Shown: one piece after another, positions 56,426 to 64,000 of the stretch
Layout: each line of letters opens with the position of its first letter
Position numbering within the stretch: position 1 is the first letter of the stretch
Assembly: GCA_021108405.1 (NCBI GenBank)
Contig: JAIOQW010000140.1
Location: 631-64,630 of the forward strand
Reading direction: 5' to 3'
DNA: 64,000 nt
Source of the DNA: Methanosarcinales archaeon
Lineage (GTDB): Archaea > Halobacteriota > Methanosarcinia > Methanosarcinales > Methanocomedenaceae
The notes under the pieces: generated by a model
The model's database searches: none
Told to the model about the DNA's origin: nothing
Seen by the model: only the letters and a program-made list of their open reading frames with translations
Position numbers and translations under genes: made by a program

Positions 56426-57203
56426 AAACAATATTCGCATACCCCAATTTTTTAAAATACTCAACAATACATTCCTTATTCTTCATAATTACATCCATAT
56501 CCTCATTCATAAATTCAATGTGGGCAGAATCCACATGGTCGCGTATTCTACACTGCTTGATACCCATACAATAAAGATAATCCTCAGCCATCTCCACCCG
56601 CTTAAGATCAGTTAATGTGATCATCCTTCCATATGGGAATCTTGTAAGCAAGCATGTTTGTTGAGGCTTATCCCATACAGACAATCCGAAGCTCCGTGCT
56701 ATCTGACGTATTTCGTGCTTGGTAATATCCATATCAATAAAAGGAGTTTTTATTCCATTTTCCAGGATCGCTTTATAACCAGGCCTGTGTTCATTAAGTT
56801 CTGAAGCATTTGTTCCATCAGCTACTGCCTTAAGTCCGGATTCTGCAGCTAACATGTTCAACTTGCCATATAGAAAGCTCTTGCAGTAATAACACCTACC
56901 TTTTGGGTTTTGTGTAAATCCAGGTTCCTGTAGTATATCAAATGGAATTATGATGTGTCTGATACCTATAGATCGTATAGTCTTTTTAGCACTCTTAAGC
57001 TCACGTTCTGATAGTATGGGACTGTTGGCTGTTACGGCTACAGCTTTATTTCCCAGTGCTTTATATGCCAGAGCTGCTAACGTACTGCTGTCCACACCGC
57101 CACTAAAGGCTACAAGCACGCCATTAAAACATCTTAAATTATCTACTATTTTTTCAATTTTATCCTGTAAATAGATAAAATCGTGGTCCGGTATTTCATC
57201 CAT
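56406..57203 (-). CDS. PP-loop ATP pyrophosphatase, LarE-like (TIGR00268-type)
   Basis: VLVAFSGGVDSSTLAALA PP-loop. 265 aa. Conserved Cys (CYYCK). Confidence 0.8.
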   Translation of the reverse strand: MDEIPDHDFIYLQDKIEKIVDNLRCFNGVLVAFSGGVDSSTLAALAYKALGNKAVAVTANSPILSERELKSAKKTIRSIGIRHIIIPFDILQEPGFTQNPKGRCYYCKSFLYGKLNMLAAESGLKAVADGTNASELNEHRPGYKAILENGIKTPFIDMDITKHEIRQIARSFGLSVWDKPQQTCLLTRFPYGRMITLTDLKRVEMAEDYLYCMGIKQCRIRDHVDSAHIEFMNEDMDVIMKNKECIVEYFKKLGYANIVFVDYNL

Positions 57204-57282
57204 TTGATAGTATTGTAGTCTATCTATATAGTAAGGCTTTTGCTTGTGTATAACTTATAATACTGACTATGGAGGTAAAATA

Positions 57283-57432
57283 ATGGAAATGGAACTTAAG
57301 ATCGACGGAGAAGAAATATCAGTGAACCATTTTGTAGAAAAGATATTTGCCGGTATTGTAGGTGGAGCAGCACAGTGCCTGGATGATGTTGAAGAGGACT
57401 GGAAAGAATTGAAGCTAATAATAACTCGCTAA
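57283..57432 (+). CDS. Small hypothetical protein (49 aa)
   Basis: ATG preceded by GGAGGT. No recognisable motif. Confidence 0.3.
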   Translation: MEMELKIDGEEISVNHFVEKIFAGIVGGAAQCLDDVEEDWKELKLIITR

Positions 57433-57438
57433 AGCTTA

Positions 57439-58116
57439 TTAACTCTTCATATTACTTAGATCCAATTTACCTGTAGAAGTATCAAGACCTATTCCGGTGG
57501 ACCGCAGGTATTCGACAGCATGGCCGCGCCCGTGAATCAGCAATTCGACCAGATCATCGGGTTCATCCATATCAGTACTGACAAAAAATGAATCATATAC
57601 TGCTATACTCAGGTCTGCTTCATTAGCAATCCTTAGATGGTCAAGGAAACTTGTCCCATAATAATCTACATGAAATGTATCAGGGTTGTGTATAGACAGT
57701 ACATTAGTACCTCCTCCAGAACCAGGAGCAATCACTATATCGCCTGGCAGTTCAGTTAGTTCCATGATCTGTTTTTCTGTGACAAGGGGCATATCAGCCA
57801 TAATAATAAATATATCTTGCACCGTGTTACTGGCTGCTTTGATTAGATATTCGTTCAATGCTTCATTTAAGCCTTTTTCAATTAACAATATATTAACATT
57901 GGATGGGAATTTCGTATTCATAGCACACGAGATGGATGAATTAATAACTTCAATAAGGTCAAACTTTTTTGTTTTTTCAACTGCAGCTATTACATCATAT
58001 AGCATTGCAAGGGCAAATTCCTGTCTCTGGGTCTTAGAAAGTATCCCGGATAAACGTGATTTTGCATTTTCCTGTTTAAATGGTATTACTGCTCTCATTT
58101 TTTTCAAATCCTGCAA
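57439..58116 (-). CDS. cofC: 2-phospho-L-lactate guanylyltransferase (F420 biosynthesis)
   Basis: MRAVIPFKQENAKSRLSGILSKTQRQEFALAMLYDVIAA, MADMPLV, GGTN. Confidence 0.8.
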   Translation of the reverse strand: MQDLKKMRAVIPFKQENAKSRLSGILSKTQRQEFALAMLYDVIAAVEKTKKFDLIEVINSSISCAMNTKFPSNVNILLIEKGLNEALNEYLIKAASNTVQDIFIIMADMPLVTEKQIMELTELPGDIVIAPGSGGGTNVLSIHNPDTFHVDYYGTSFLDHLRIANEADLSIAVYDSFFVSTDMDEPDDLVELLIHGRGHAVEYLRSTGIGLDTSTGKLDLSNMKS

Positions 58117-58200
58117 TTAAGTATATACTTTTTTTACGTTTAAAAACGCAGGAAATGATAAATTTTCCGTTTTAAGTTTCATCCTGTACTGGAAATATAA

Positions 58201-58617
58201 CTAAAAATCAGCAGCAACTTCTTGAATATTAATTTCTTCCTCGTTATGTATCAATAAATGCTTACGTGCCTCAAATTCCGGTAATATTTCAAAATTCTCT
58301 ACCAGTTCATCATAAATATCATGTTTTGAACTAACAATAACCACATGAGCAGGTGGGTGTATCTTTGTTAGTTTCCCTATGGCTACACTGGGAACCGTAT
58401 TTAAAGAAACAACTGCCGCAGAGCTACATTTGTTTTTTAATGGTCGGTTGATCACCTTGCCAAGTATCTCGTCCGCATAATCAGGCGACATAGATTTTGG
58501 CGGACCGGCAAATACCATTCTACCATATCTTCTTAGATCCAATAAAGTAGTATGCACTTTAAGACTGGTATCTGCACGTATTACTGCAAATGATTTCATT
58601 TTTTTATTCCACACCAC
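58201..58617 (-). CDS. Conserved hypothetical protein (138 aa)
   Basis: ORF with ordinary composition. Family not recognised. Confidence 0.4.
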   Translation of the reverse strand: MVWNKKMKSFAVIRADTSLKVHTTLLDLRRYGRMVFAGPPKSMSPDYADEILGKVINRPLKNKCSSAAVVSLNTVPSVAIGKLTKIHPPAHVVIVSSKHDIYDELVENFEILPEFEARKHLLIHNEEEINIQEVAADF

Positions 58618-58683
58618 AGATAACGTAACGTCTATCGACTATAAATAAATACCTATAATGTTCTTTACAGGTTATGTAATTTC

Positions 58684-59661
58684 TTAATTTTTTTGGACTT
58701 TTTCAAAAATAAATGTAATCAAATCCACGAAATCATCCATTGCCTCAATTTCATTCTTTTCTACCAATACAGTATTATCCACACACTCGGATTTACAGGG
58801 CCCATTGACTATGAACATTGAATGCGTTTTCGCCACATCAGAAATACTGCTCATCAACTTTGCCCTTTTTACCATAGCACCTGAATAATTGCTAAAACCA
58901 GTAAGAATAGTGGGTATAGGATCATTATTTTTACTATTATTTTGAGTGTGTTCAAATGAAACAGCACTGAACGGAGCCTGTGAAACAGGGATAACATCAA
59001 GTCCCAGACCTGATAAAATAGACCTTATACTGGTCCCGGGTTCTGTTTCACATGAAGATATCTCAGTTTTCATTTTACGTTTTTCAATATTGATAAAATC
59101 AATTGCCTGGGCAAATGCGTGATTAAATAATTCTTCAAGATGCATTACTATATCAACTGACATATCCATACCCTCTTCCTCATATTTGGATACAGTTCGT
59201 CTGGAAACTCCAAGTTCAGTAGCAAGAGCACCTATTGATAAATCTGAACTCAATCGCATATCACGTAACAGACTACCATCTATACTGACATATAGCCCGC
59301 CTGGGGCAGCATATATTAGCGGAGGCAGGTTCTCCATAAAATAATCATATAATGTTTCTATATTAATGGAAGGAACACCGTATCTATAATAAACTACAGT
59401 TGATTCCAGAGGATGGTCCCTGGTCTTTTCACCTACCACCAACGGAACACCGGCAAGATATTTAGATAAACATATCATTTCCCTGGCAGTTTCTTCCTTG
59501 AGTCCGTCAATATTAGAAAGTACCTTGATCAGAAGAAATATGTCCTCGAGTCTGGCAGCTATATCAAAACTCCTGGGTCTGATATTACACCGCGCAGATA
59601 TATTGAACCCGCTGTGTTCAAGATGTTCTACAACCTGGTTTATCAATATCTCTTTATTCAT
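58684..59661 (-). CDS. Archaeal putative HTH-type (XRE-like) transcriptional regulator, ~320-aa family
   Basis: Central HTH LSIGALATELGVSRRTVSKYEEEG. Length and layout match the methanogen family of putative HTH-type regulators. Confidence 0.7.
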   Translation of the reverse strand: MNKEILINQVVEHLEHSGFNISARCNIRPRSFDIAARLEDIFLLIKVLSNIDGLKEETAREMICLSKYLAGVPLVVGEKTRDHPLESTVVYYRYGVPSINIETLYDYFMENLPPLIYAAPGGLYVSIDGSLLRDMRLSSDLSIGALATELGVSRRTVSKYEEEGMDMSVDIVMHLEELFNHAFAQAIDFINIEKRKMKTEISSCETEPGTSIRSILSGLGLDVIPVSQAPFSAVSFEHTQNNSKNNDPIPTILTGFSNYSGAMVKRAKLMSSISDVAKTHSMFIVNGPCKSECVDNTVLVEKNEIEAMDDFVDLITFIFEKVQKN

Positions 59662-59842
59662 TATATATAATCAGGTATTTAATTGTATATAAATAGGATG
59701 TTAATTGGTGATCGTTGTAATTCAAATTATCCAAGGTTATACAAGTATAAGTACTGCAAAATATTATTAAGCAAGGTTTATTGTATTACACTAATAATAT
59801 ACACTAAGACAACAGAAAAGTTGAGATTAAAGGTGGACCAAA

Positions 59843-60739
59843 ATGGAACTTGAAGGATTACGACATGGAACTGAATTATTAAAACGCGGATTTGCCAGTA
59901 TGCAAAAAGGTGGTGTTGTTATGGATGTCACAACTTCGGATGAGGCACATATTGCAGAAGATGCCGGTGCTGTAGCGGTCATGGCCCTGCATATGGTTCC
60001 TGCTGATATCAGAAAGATCGGTGGTGTGGCACGTATGGCTGACCCACAAATTATTTCGCAGATCATTGATGCTGTTACCATACCGGTTATGGCTAAGGCA
60101 CGTATCGGCCATTTTGTAGAAGCTGATATACTACAATCATTGGGTGTAGACCTGGTAGATGAATCTGAAGTGTTGACCCCTGCAGATGAGAAATATCATA
60201 TTGATAAAAGGAACTTTACCATTCCTTTCATATGCGGAGCCAGGGATCTGGGTGAAGCTCTACGTAGAATTCATGAAGGAGCGGCCATGATACGTACCAA
60301 AGGGGAAGCAGGTACAGGTGATATACGCGAAGCTGTCAGACATATCCGTGTGATCAATGAACAGATAGGTAAGCTTAAAGGGATGAATATACAAGAGATG
60401 GAAAGAGTGGCAAGAGAGATTGAAGCACCTATAGAATTAGTTATAGAGACAGGAGAACGCCAGCGTCTTCCCGTAGTAAACTTTGCTGCCGGCGGGGTTG
60501 CTACACCCGCAGATGCTGCCCTGATGATGAGACTGGGTGCAGATGGTGTTTTTGTAGGTAGCGGTATATTCAAAGCAGAGAATCCGTCCACTATGGCAAG
60601 TGCTATTGTGGATGCAGTCAACAATTTCGATGATGCTAAGGTGCTGGGTGAGATATCCAAGGGTCTGGGAGAACAGATGAAAGGTATAAGCATTGATACC
60701 ATCCCGAAAGAGGAGATATTACAGACCCGAGGATGGTAA
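59843..60739 (+). CDS. pdxS: Pyridoxal 5'-phosphate synthase, lyase subunit
   Basis: [48 protein letters not shown]. Confidence 0.95.
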   Translation: MELEGLRHGTELLKRGFASMQKGGVVMDVTTSDEAHIAEDAGAVAVMALHMVPADIRKIGGVARMADPQIISQIIDAVTIPVMAKARIGHFVEADILQSLGVDLVDESEVLTPADEKYHIDKRNFTIPFICGARDLGEALRRIHEGAAMIRTKGEAGTGDIREAVRHIRVINEQIGKLKGMNIQEMERVAREIEAPIELVIETGERQRLPVVNFAAGGVATPADAALMMRLGADGVFVGSGIFKAENPSTMASAIVDAVNNFDDAKVLGEISKGLGEQMKGISIDTIPKEEILQTRGW

Positions 60740-60885
60740 ATAAAATCCTCGCTAGCGCTCGGATTTTCTTGACTGAAGCTTCGAAGAAGCTGAAGATTAG
60801 AAGATTCGTAGAATCTTCGTCTGACATTCCGGAGGAATGGAGGATTAGATAATGTGAACGGGGTGAGCATTTTCGATGTATCAAG
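60740..60885 (+). repeat. Full-length mosaic element A-B'-C-B-E-(degenerate F)
   Basis: It starts 1 nt after the pdxS stop. B' here is GAAGCTTC-GAA-GAAGCT, a compensated variant. The E loop is GAACGGGGTGA. Confidence 0.9.
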
Positions 60886-60891
60886 ATATTT

Positions 60892-62355
60892 ATGAATACA
60901 GAACATCAGGAATGGGCTGAAAAATACCGCCCGAAAAACCTACAGGAAATAGCAGGGCATAATAAAATAGTACAGGACCTGCTTATATGGGCCCGGGAAT
61001 GGGATAAAGGGAGTCCAAAAGATAAAGCATTGATACTGCATGGAAAACCCGGTGTAGGTAAGACATCTTTCGTACATGCTCTGGCATACCAGATGGAATG
61101 GGATAAAATAGAGCTCAATGCATCTGATCAGAGGACTGCAAGCATTATAAAGAAAGTAGCAGGTTCTGCCAGTAAGATGGGAACCTTTAGCGGTATTTCA
61201 GGTAAGCGTCTGGTAATACTGGATGAAGCCGATAATCTACATGGTAATTACGACCGTGGTGGCGCCAGGGCCATTATCCAGGTCATTAAGCGAACGTCCC
61301 AACCTATCATCCTGATCGCTAATGAGTTCTATAATGTAGAGCCGGCATTACGCCTGTCCTGCAAAGCCATACAGTTCAAAGCACTAAGAAGTTCATCAAT
61401 TGTATCAGTATTAAAGAACATTTGTATAAAGGAAGATGTGAAGGTAAGTAAGGATGTCCTGGATACAATAGCCAGTAGTGCTAACGGGGATTTACGAAGT
61501 GCAATTAATGACCTGCAGGCTATGTCAATTGGAAAAAGTGAACTTACCATAGATGATATTACTACAGGTTCCAGGGATATAAGAGAAACAATATTTAAGG
61601 CAATGAATAAAATATTTAGAGGGACTGATATACGATCTGCACAAGAAGCTGCCTGGAAGATAGATGAGAGTCCCGAGAACCTGATAAACTGGGTAGATGA
61701 AAACCTTCCTATAGCATATAAAAAAGATACGGACTTAGCAGCCGGATATACCATGCTGTCCAGAGCTGACCTGTTCCTGGGTAGGGTACGGCGCAGACAG
61801 AATTATAGACTCTGGCGTTATGCCAGTCTTTTCATGACCGGGGGTATAGCGGCTGTTAAAACGCAAAGTTATTCGGGTTTTATCAATTTCAAGTCTCCCC
61901 AGTACTGGAGAAAACTTGGACAGACCAGGACAAAACGCAACATAAGGGATTCAACAGCCAGTAAGATCGGGGTGTTATGTCATGTATCAAAGAAAAATGC
62001 CAGGGCCGATCTTATATGGTTCTTTAAAGGCATGATGAAAAGTAAACAACATTCAACAGTATTATCAGTGGAACTAGATTTAAATCCTGATGAGATCGCA
62101 TTTTTACTGGATACAAAGCCAACCACCAAAAAAGTAAAGCAAATCTATGATGCAGCTCAGGAGATGATCACAGAAAAGCTGGAGCATGACATTGAAGTAT
62201 TCGGTGGATTTGGTTATAATGATGATAACCTGCAGAACAAGAAAATTGAGGAAGAGGTAGAGGTAATAGAGCAGGTTATAGAACAGGTTACAGATGAGCA
62301 AGAAGTGCATAACGAGACTGAAAAAGGAAGGCAGAAATCTCTGTTTGATTTCTAA
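60892..62355 (+). CDS. rfcL: Replication factor C large subunit
   Basis: WAEKYRPKNLQEIAGH, HGKPGVGKTS, LDEADNL, and an acidic C-terminal tail ending in the PCNA-interaction-like QKSLFDF. Confidence 0.9.
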   Translation: MNTEHQEWAEKYRPKNLQEIAGHNKIVQDLLIWAREWDKGSPKDKALILHGKPGVGKTSFVHALAYQMEWDKIELNASDQRTASIIKKVAGSASKMGTFSGISGKRLVILDEADNLHGNYDRGGARAIIQVIKRTSQPIILIANEFYNVEPALRLSCKAIQFKALRSSSIVSVLKNICIKEDVKVSKDVLDTIASSANGDLRSAINDLQAMSIGKSELTIDDITTGSRDIRETIFKAMNKIFRGTDIRSAQEAAWKIDESPENLINWVDENLPIAYKKDTDLAAGYTMLSRADLFLGRVRRRQNYRLWRYASLFMTGGIAAVKTQSYSGFINFKSPQYWRKLGQTRTKRNIRDSTASKIGVLCHVSKKNARADLIWFFKGMMKSKQHSTVLSVELDLNPDEIAFLLDTKPTTKKVKQIYDAAQEMITEKLEHDIEVFGGFGYNDDNLQNKKIEEEVEVIEQVIEQVTDEQEVHNETEKGRQKSLFDF

Positions 62356-62363
62356 GAGGTGAT

Positions 62364-62981
62364 CTGATAGCCGGGAAATTAATAGCACTTGAAGGTATTG
62401 ACGGTTCAGGCAAATCCACGATCATTACCATGTTAGAACAACATTTTCGAAATGATCCTGATGTGGTATTTACCAGGGAGCCTACTACGGGATGGATAGG
62501 GGATGTTGTTAATCAGGCAATCGGTTCCAGGACAGATCCTATGGCAGAATTATTCCTGTTCATTGCAGACCATGCAGACCATCTTAGCAGTCTTATAAAA
62601 CCGGCGCTTGACGACAATAAGATGGTAATCTCTGATCGTTATTCTGACAGCAGGTATGCGTATCAGGGTGTTACCCTGCAGGGAATTATCAAATCCCCTC
62701 TTGAATGGGTGATAGAACTTCATAAAGACTGGACCATTATACCTAACCTTACTATATTGCTTGATATCAACCCAGCAGTAAGTATTGCCAGGGTGGATAG
62801 TCGAAGCAAGCAAACTAAGTTTGAAAAGATCGATTTTTTGCAACAGGTACGGGATAATTATTTAAAACTTGTGGATATGGAACCTGATCGGTTTTTAGTT
62901 GTGGATGCACAGCAGCCAATCAAAAAGGTTAAAGAGATCATATTAGCTGCAGTAGTAGAAAATTTCAGATATCCCTTATAA
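62364..62981 (+). CDS. tmk: Thymidylate kinase
   Basis: The P-loop LEGIDGSGKST lies at 62388-62420, upstream of the first ATG (62430). DRY motif SDRYSDSRYAYQG. The 5' end is uncertain: no in-frame ATG, GTG or TTG lies between the TGA at 62346 and 62430. Confidence 0.8.
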   Translation: MIAGKLIALEGIDGSGKSTIITMLEQHFRNDPDVVFTREPTTGWIGDVVNQAIGSRTDPMAELFLFIADHADHLSSLIKPALDDNKMVISDRYSDSRYAYQGVTLQGIIKSPLEWVIELHKDWTIIPNLTILLDINPAVSIARVDSRSKQTKFEKIDFLQQVRDNYLKLVDMEPDRFLVVDAQQPIKKVKEIILAAVVENFRYPL

Positions 62982-63708
62982 AAGTGATATATCCGGTATG
63001 CCCCACTCTTGTAGTAGAAGGACGCGTTCCCTTTTGACTAAAAGACATCTCTCGTTGTGTAAACTCAAAAGTAACTACATCCTTGAATCCTGCATCATTA
63101 ACACCCAACCTCGTTTCCCTGGTCTGTTCTATAAATGGTGAGAACACTACACAGTAGCCACCGGGATTTAATACATTCCTGACATAAGGGATAACCTCTG
63201 CAACATGATGCATATCCAGTGTGACAAGATCAAATTTCTCATTCAATATCATGATCTCCTGTATTATATCACCAGAGCGGACTTCGACATTCTCAAGACC
63301 GGCAAGGTCTATATTTGACCTGGCAACTTGAGCGAACGTTTCCTGTATCTCATAGGTTATTACTTTTTTTGCAATAAGTCCAAGATAAATAGCAAGGATA
63401 CCTGAACCCGTACCAGCATCCAGTACAGTATCATTTTTATTCAGACCAGTATAAGAAATGATCATACCAATATCTTTAGGACTCATCGGCGCACCGGTCC
63501 TTTTCAGATAATGATACAGATCTGGTGCTCTGGGACGCTGTACCTTAAACTCATGACCCAGGTGGGAACTGATCACATCTCCCCATTGCATATCAAGCAG
63601 TCTATGAAGTTCAAAAACACCCACATCCGTATGTAAATTCTCATTTTTGACCCTGACAAAAAAAACCTTATCATCACGCTTTAACAGTACCGGTTCACCT
63701 GGTTTCAA
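62965..63708 (-). CDS. trmI: tRNA (adenine-N1)-methyltransferase (TrmI/Gcd14 family)
   Basis: VLDAGTGSGILAIYL and DLVTLDM, with an N-terminal beta domain. TTG start. Confidence 0.85.
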   Translation of the reverse strand: MKPGEPVLLKRDDKVFFVRVKNENLHTDVGVFELHRLLDMQWGDVISSHLGHEFKVQRPRAPDLYHYLKRTGAPMSPKDIGMIISYTGLNKNDTVLDAGTGSGILAIYLGLIAKKVITYEIQETFAQVARSNIDLAGLENVEVRSGDIIQEIMILNEKFDLVTLDMHHVAEVIPYVRNVLNPGGYCVVFSPFIEQTRETRLGVNDAGFKDVVTFEFTQREMSFSQKGTRPSTTRVGHTGYITFIRDI

Positions 63709-64000
63709 AGAATATCACGCACCAGGGGGATGATCTGGGATATGTGATCTATAACTACGTCAGATTCACGGCTCAATCTTTTGGGTCTGACATTTCGCGA
63801 CTGGACTGTCAGTACTGCAAGATCGGCTTCTCTAAATGCCATTACATCATTAATCGCATCACCCACCATAACAACCTTTTCACATGCTCGTTTCAGGTTC
63901 TTGATGATCTCGCTTTTACACTGTGGTGTTGATTGACCGAAAGTATGCCCTTTCTTAACACCGATACTCTGCGCAATGAACTCTACATCTTCCTGTTTAT
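63705..64000 (-). CDS. HAD-superfamily hydrolase (soluble P-type-ATPase-like), 5'-partial at window edge
   Basis: My translation of the minus strand gives ...KSEIIKNLKRACEKVVMVGDAINDVMAFREADLAVLTVQ...VVIDHISQIIPLVRDIL*, which is HAD motif IV (GDxxND). Stop at 63705-63707, with a 4-nt overlap with the trmI start. Confidence 0.5.
   Translation of the reverse strand, partial: KQEDVEFIAQSIGVKKGHTFGQSTPQCKSEIIKNLKRACEKVVMVGDAINDVMAFREADLAVLTVQSRNVRPKRLSRESDVVIDHISQIIPLVRDIL

Noticed and set aside
12471-60885. Could the recurring hairpin repeats be a CRISPR array or degenerate CRISPR repeats?
   Set aside because: There is no regular repeat-spacer periodicity. Adjacent units are different modules rather than one repeat. 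Copies are scattered singly between genes in both orientations. No cas genes are present.
1-64000. tRNA, rRNA, RNase P or SRP RNA genes; a DGR or retron; in-frame TAG (pyrrolysine) or TGA (selenocysteine) recoding.
   Set aside because: I saw no T-arm or acceptor-like GC-rich cloverleaf candidates, no reverse transcriptase gene, and no well-supported gene interrupted by a single in-frame TAG or TGA. The scan was by eye only, so small RNAs could have been missed.

Overview
This is an AT-rich archaeal chromosomal segment (roughly 60% A+T by eye) with about 65 densely packed protein genes. It carries archaeal hallmarks: an HMf-type histone, DGGGP synthase, aIF5A, RFC large subunit, aTrm56, CofC (F420), ADH synthase and an archaeosortase. 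Together with an octaheme c-type cytochrome and a PGF-pre-PGF surface protein, these suggest a Methanosarcinales-type methanogen or an ANME-2-like methanotroph. That assignment is inferred from gene content only. Gene order: a two-component cluster (sensor without kinase core, hybrid histidine kinase, two response regulators); anaerobic cobalamin operon cbiT-L-F-G-H-C; NfeD/SPFH pair; uppS; archaeosortase-psd-pssA; ClC channel; ADH synthase-pyrD-pyrK; histone; ubiA-nadA-ribD-like. Next comes a ~4 kb mobile/foreign island holding an IS91-like Y2-HUH transposase, an ICMT-like methyltransferase, a GC-rich CPBP protease and a decayed IS200-like TnpA. It is followed by ferredoxin-AOR-proC; an ATP-grasp/7TM/acidic-repeat cluster; ilvE; HNH; cytochrome plus surface protein; aIF5A-speB; beta-CASP RNase; aTrm56; DUF234-type ATPase; RelE toxin-antitoxin; larE-like; cofC; pdxS; rfcL; tmk; trmI. 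I recognised no rRNA, tRNA or CRISPR array. The most unusual signal is non-coding. A family of modular, concatenated short-hairpin repeats (modules A, B, B', C, D, E, F, H) occurs at 16 or more intergenic loci, about one per 4 kb. Their stems show compensatory substitutions, and an 11-nt loop is conserved across unrelated stems. Some copies supply stop codons to genes or bracket single genes as inverted pairs. Copies directly abut both HUH-transposase genes in the window. I propose this is an undescribed hairpin mosaic element family, possibly mobilised by an HUH enzyme, but I cannot test that here. All coordinates and motifs were read by eye from the sequence and the ORF track; no database search was run.
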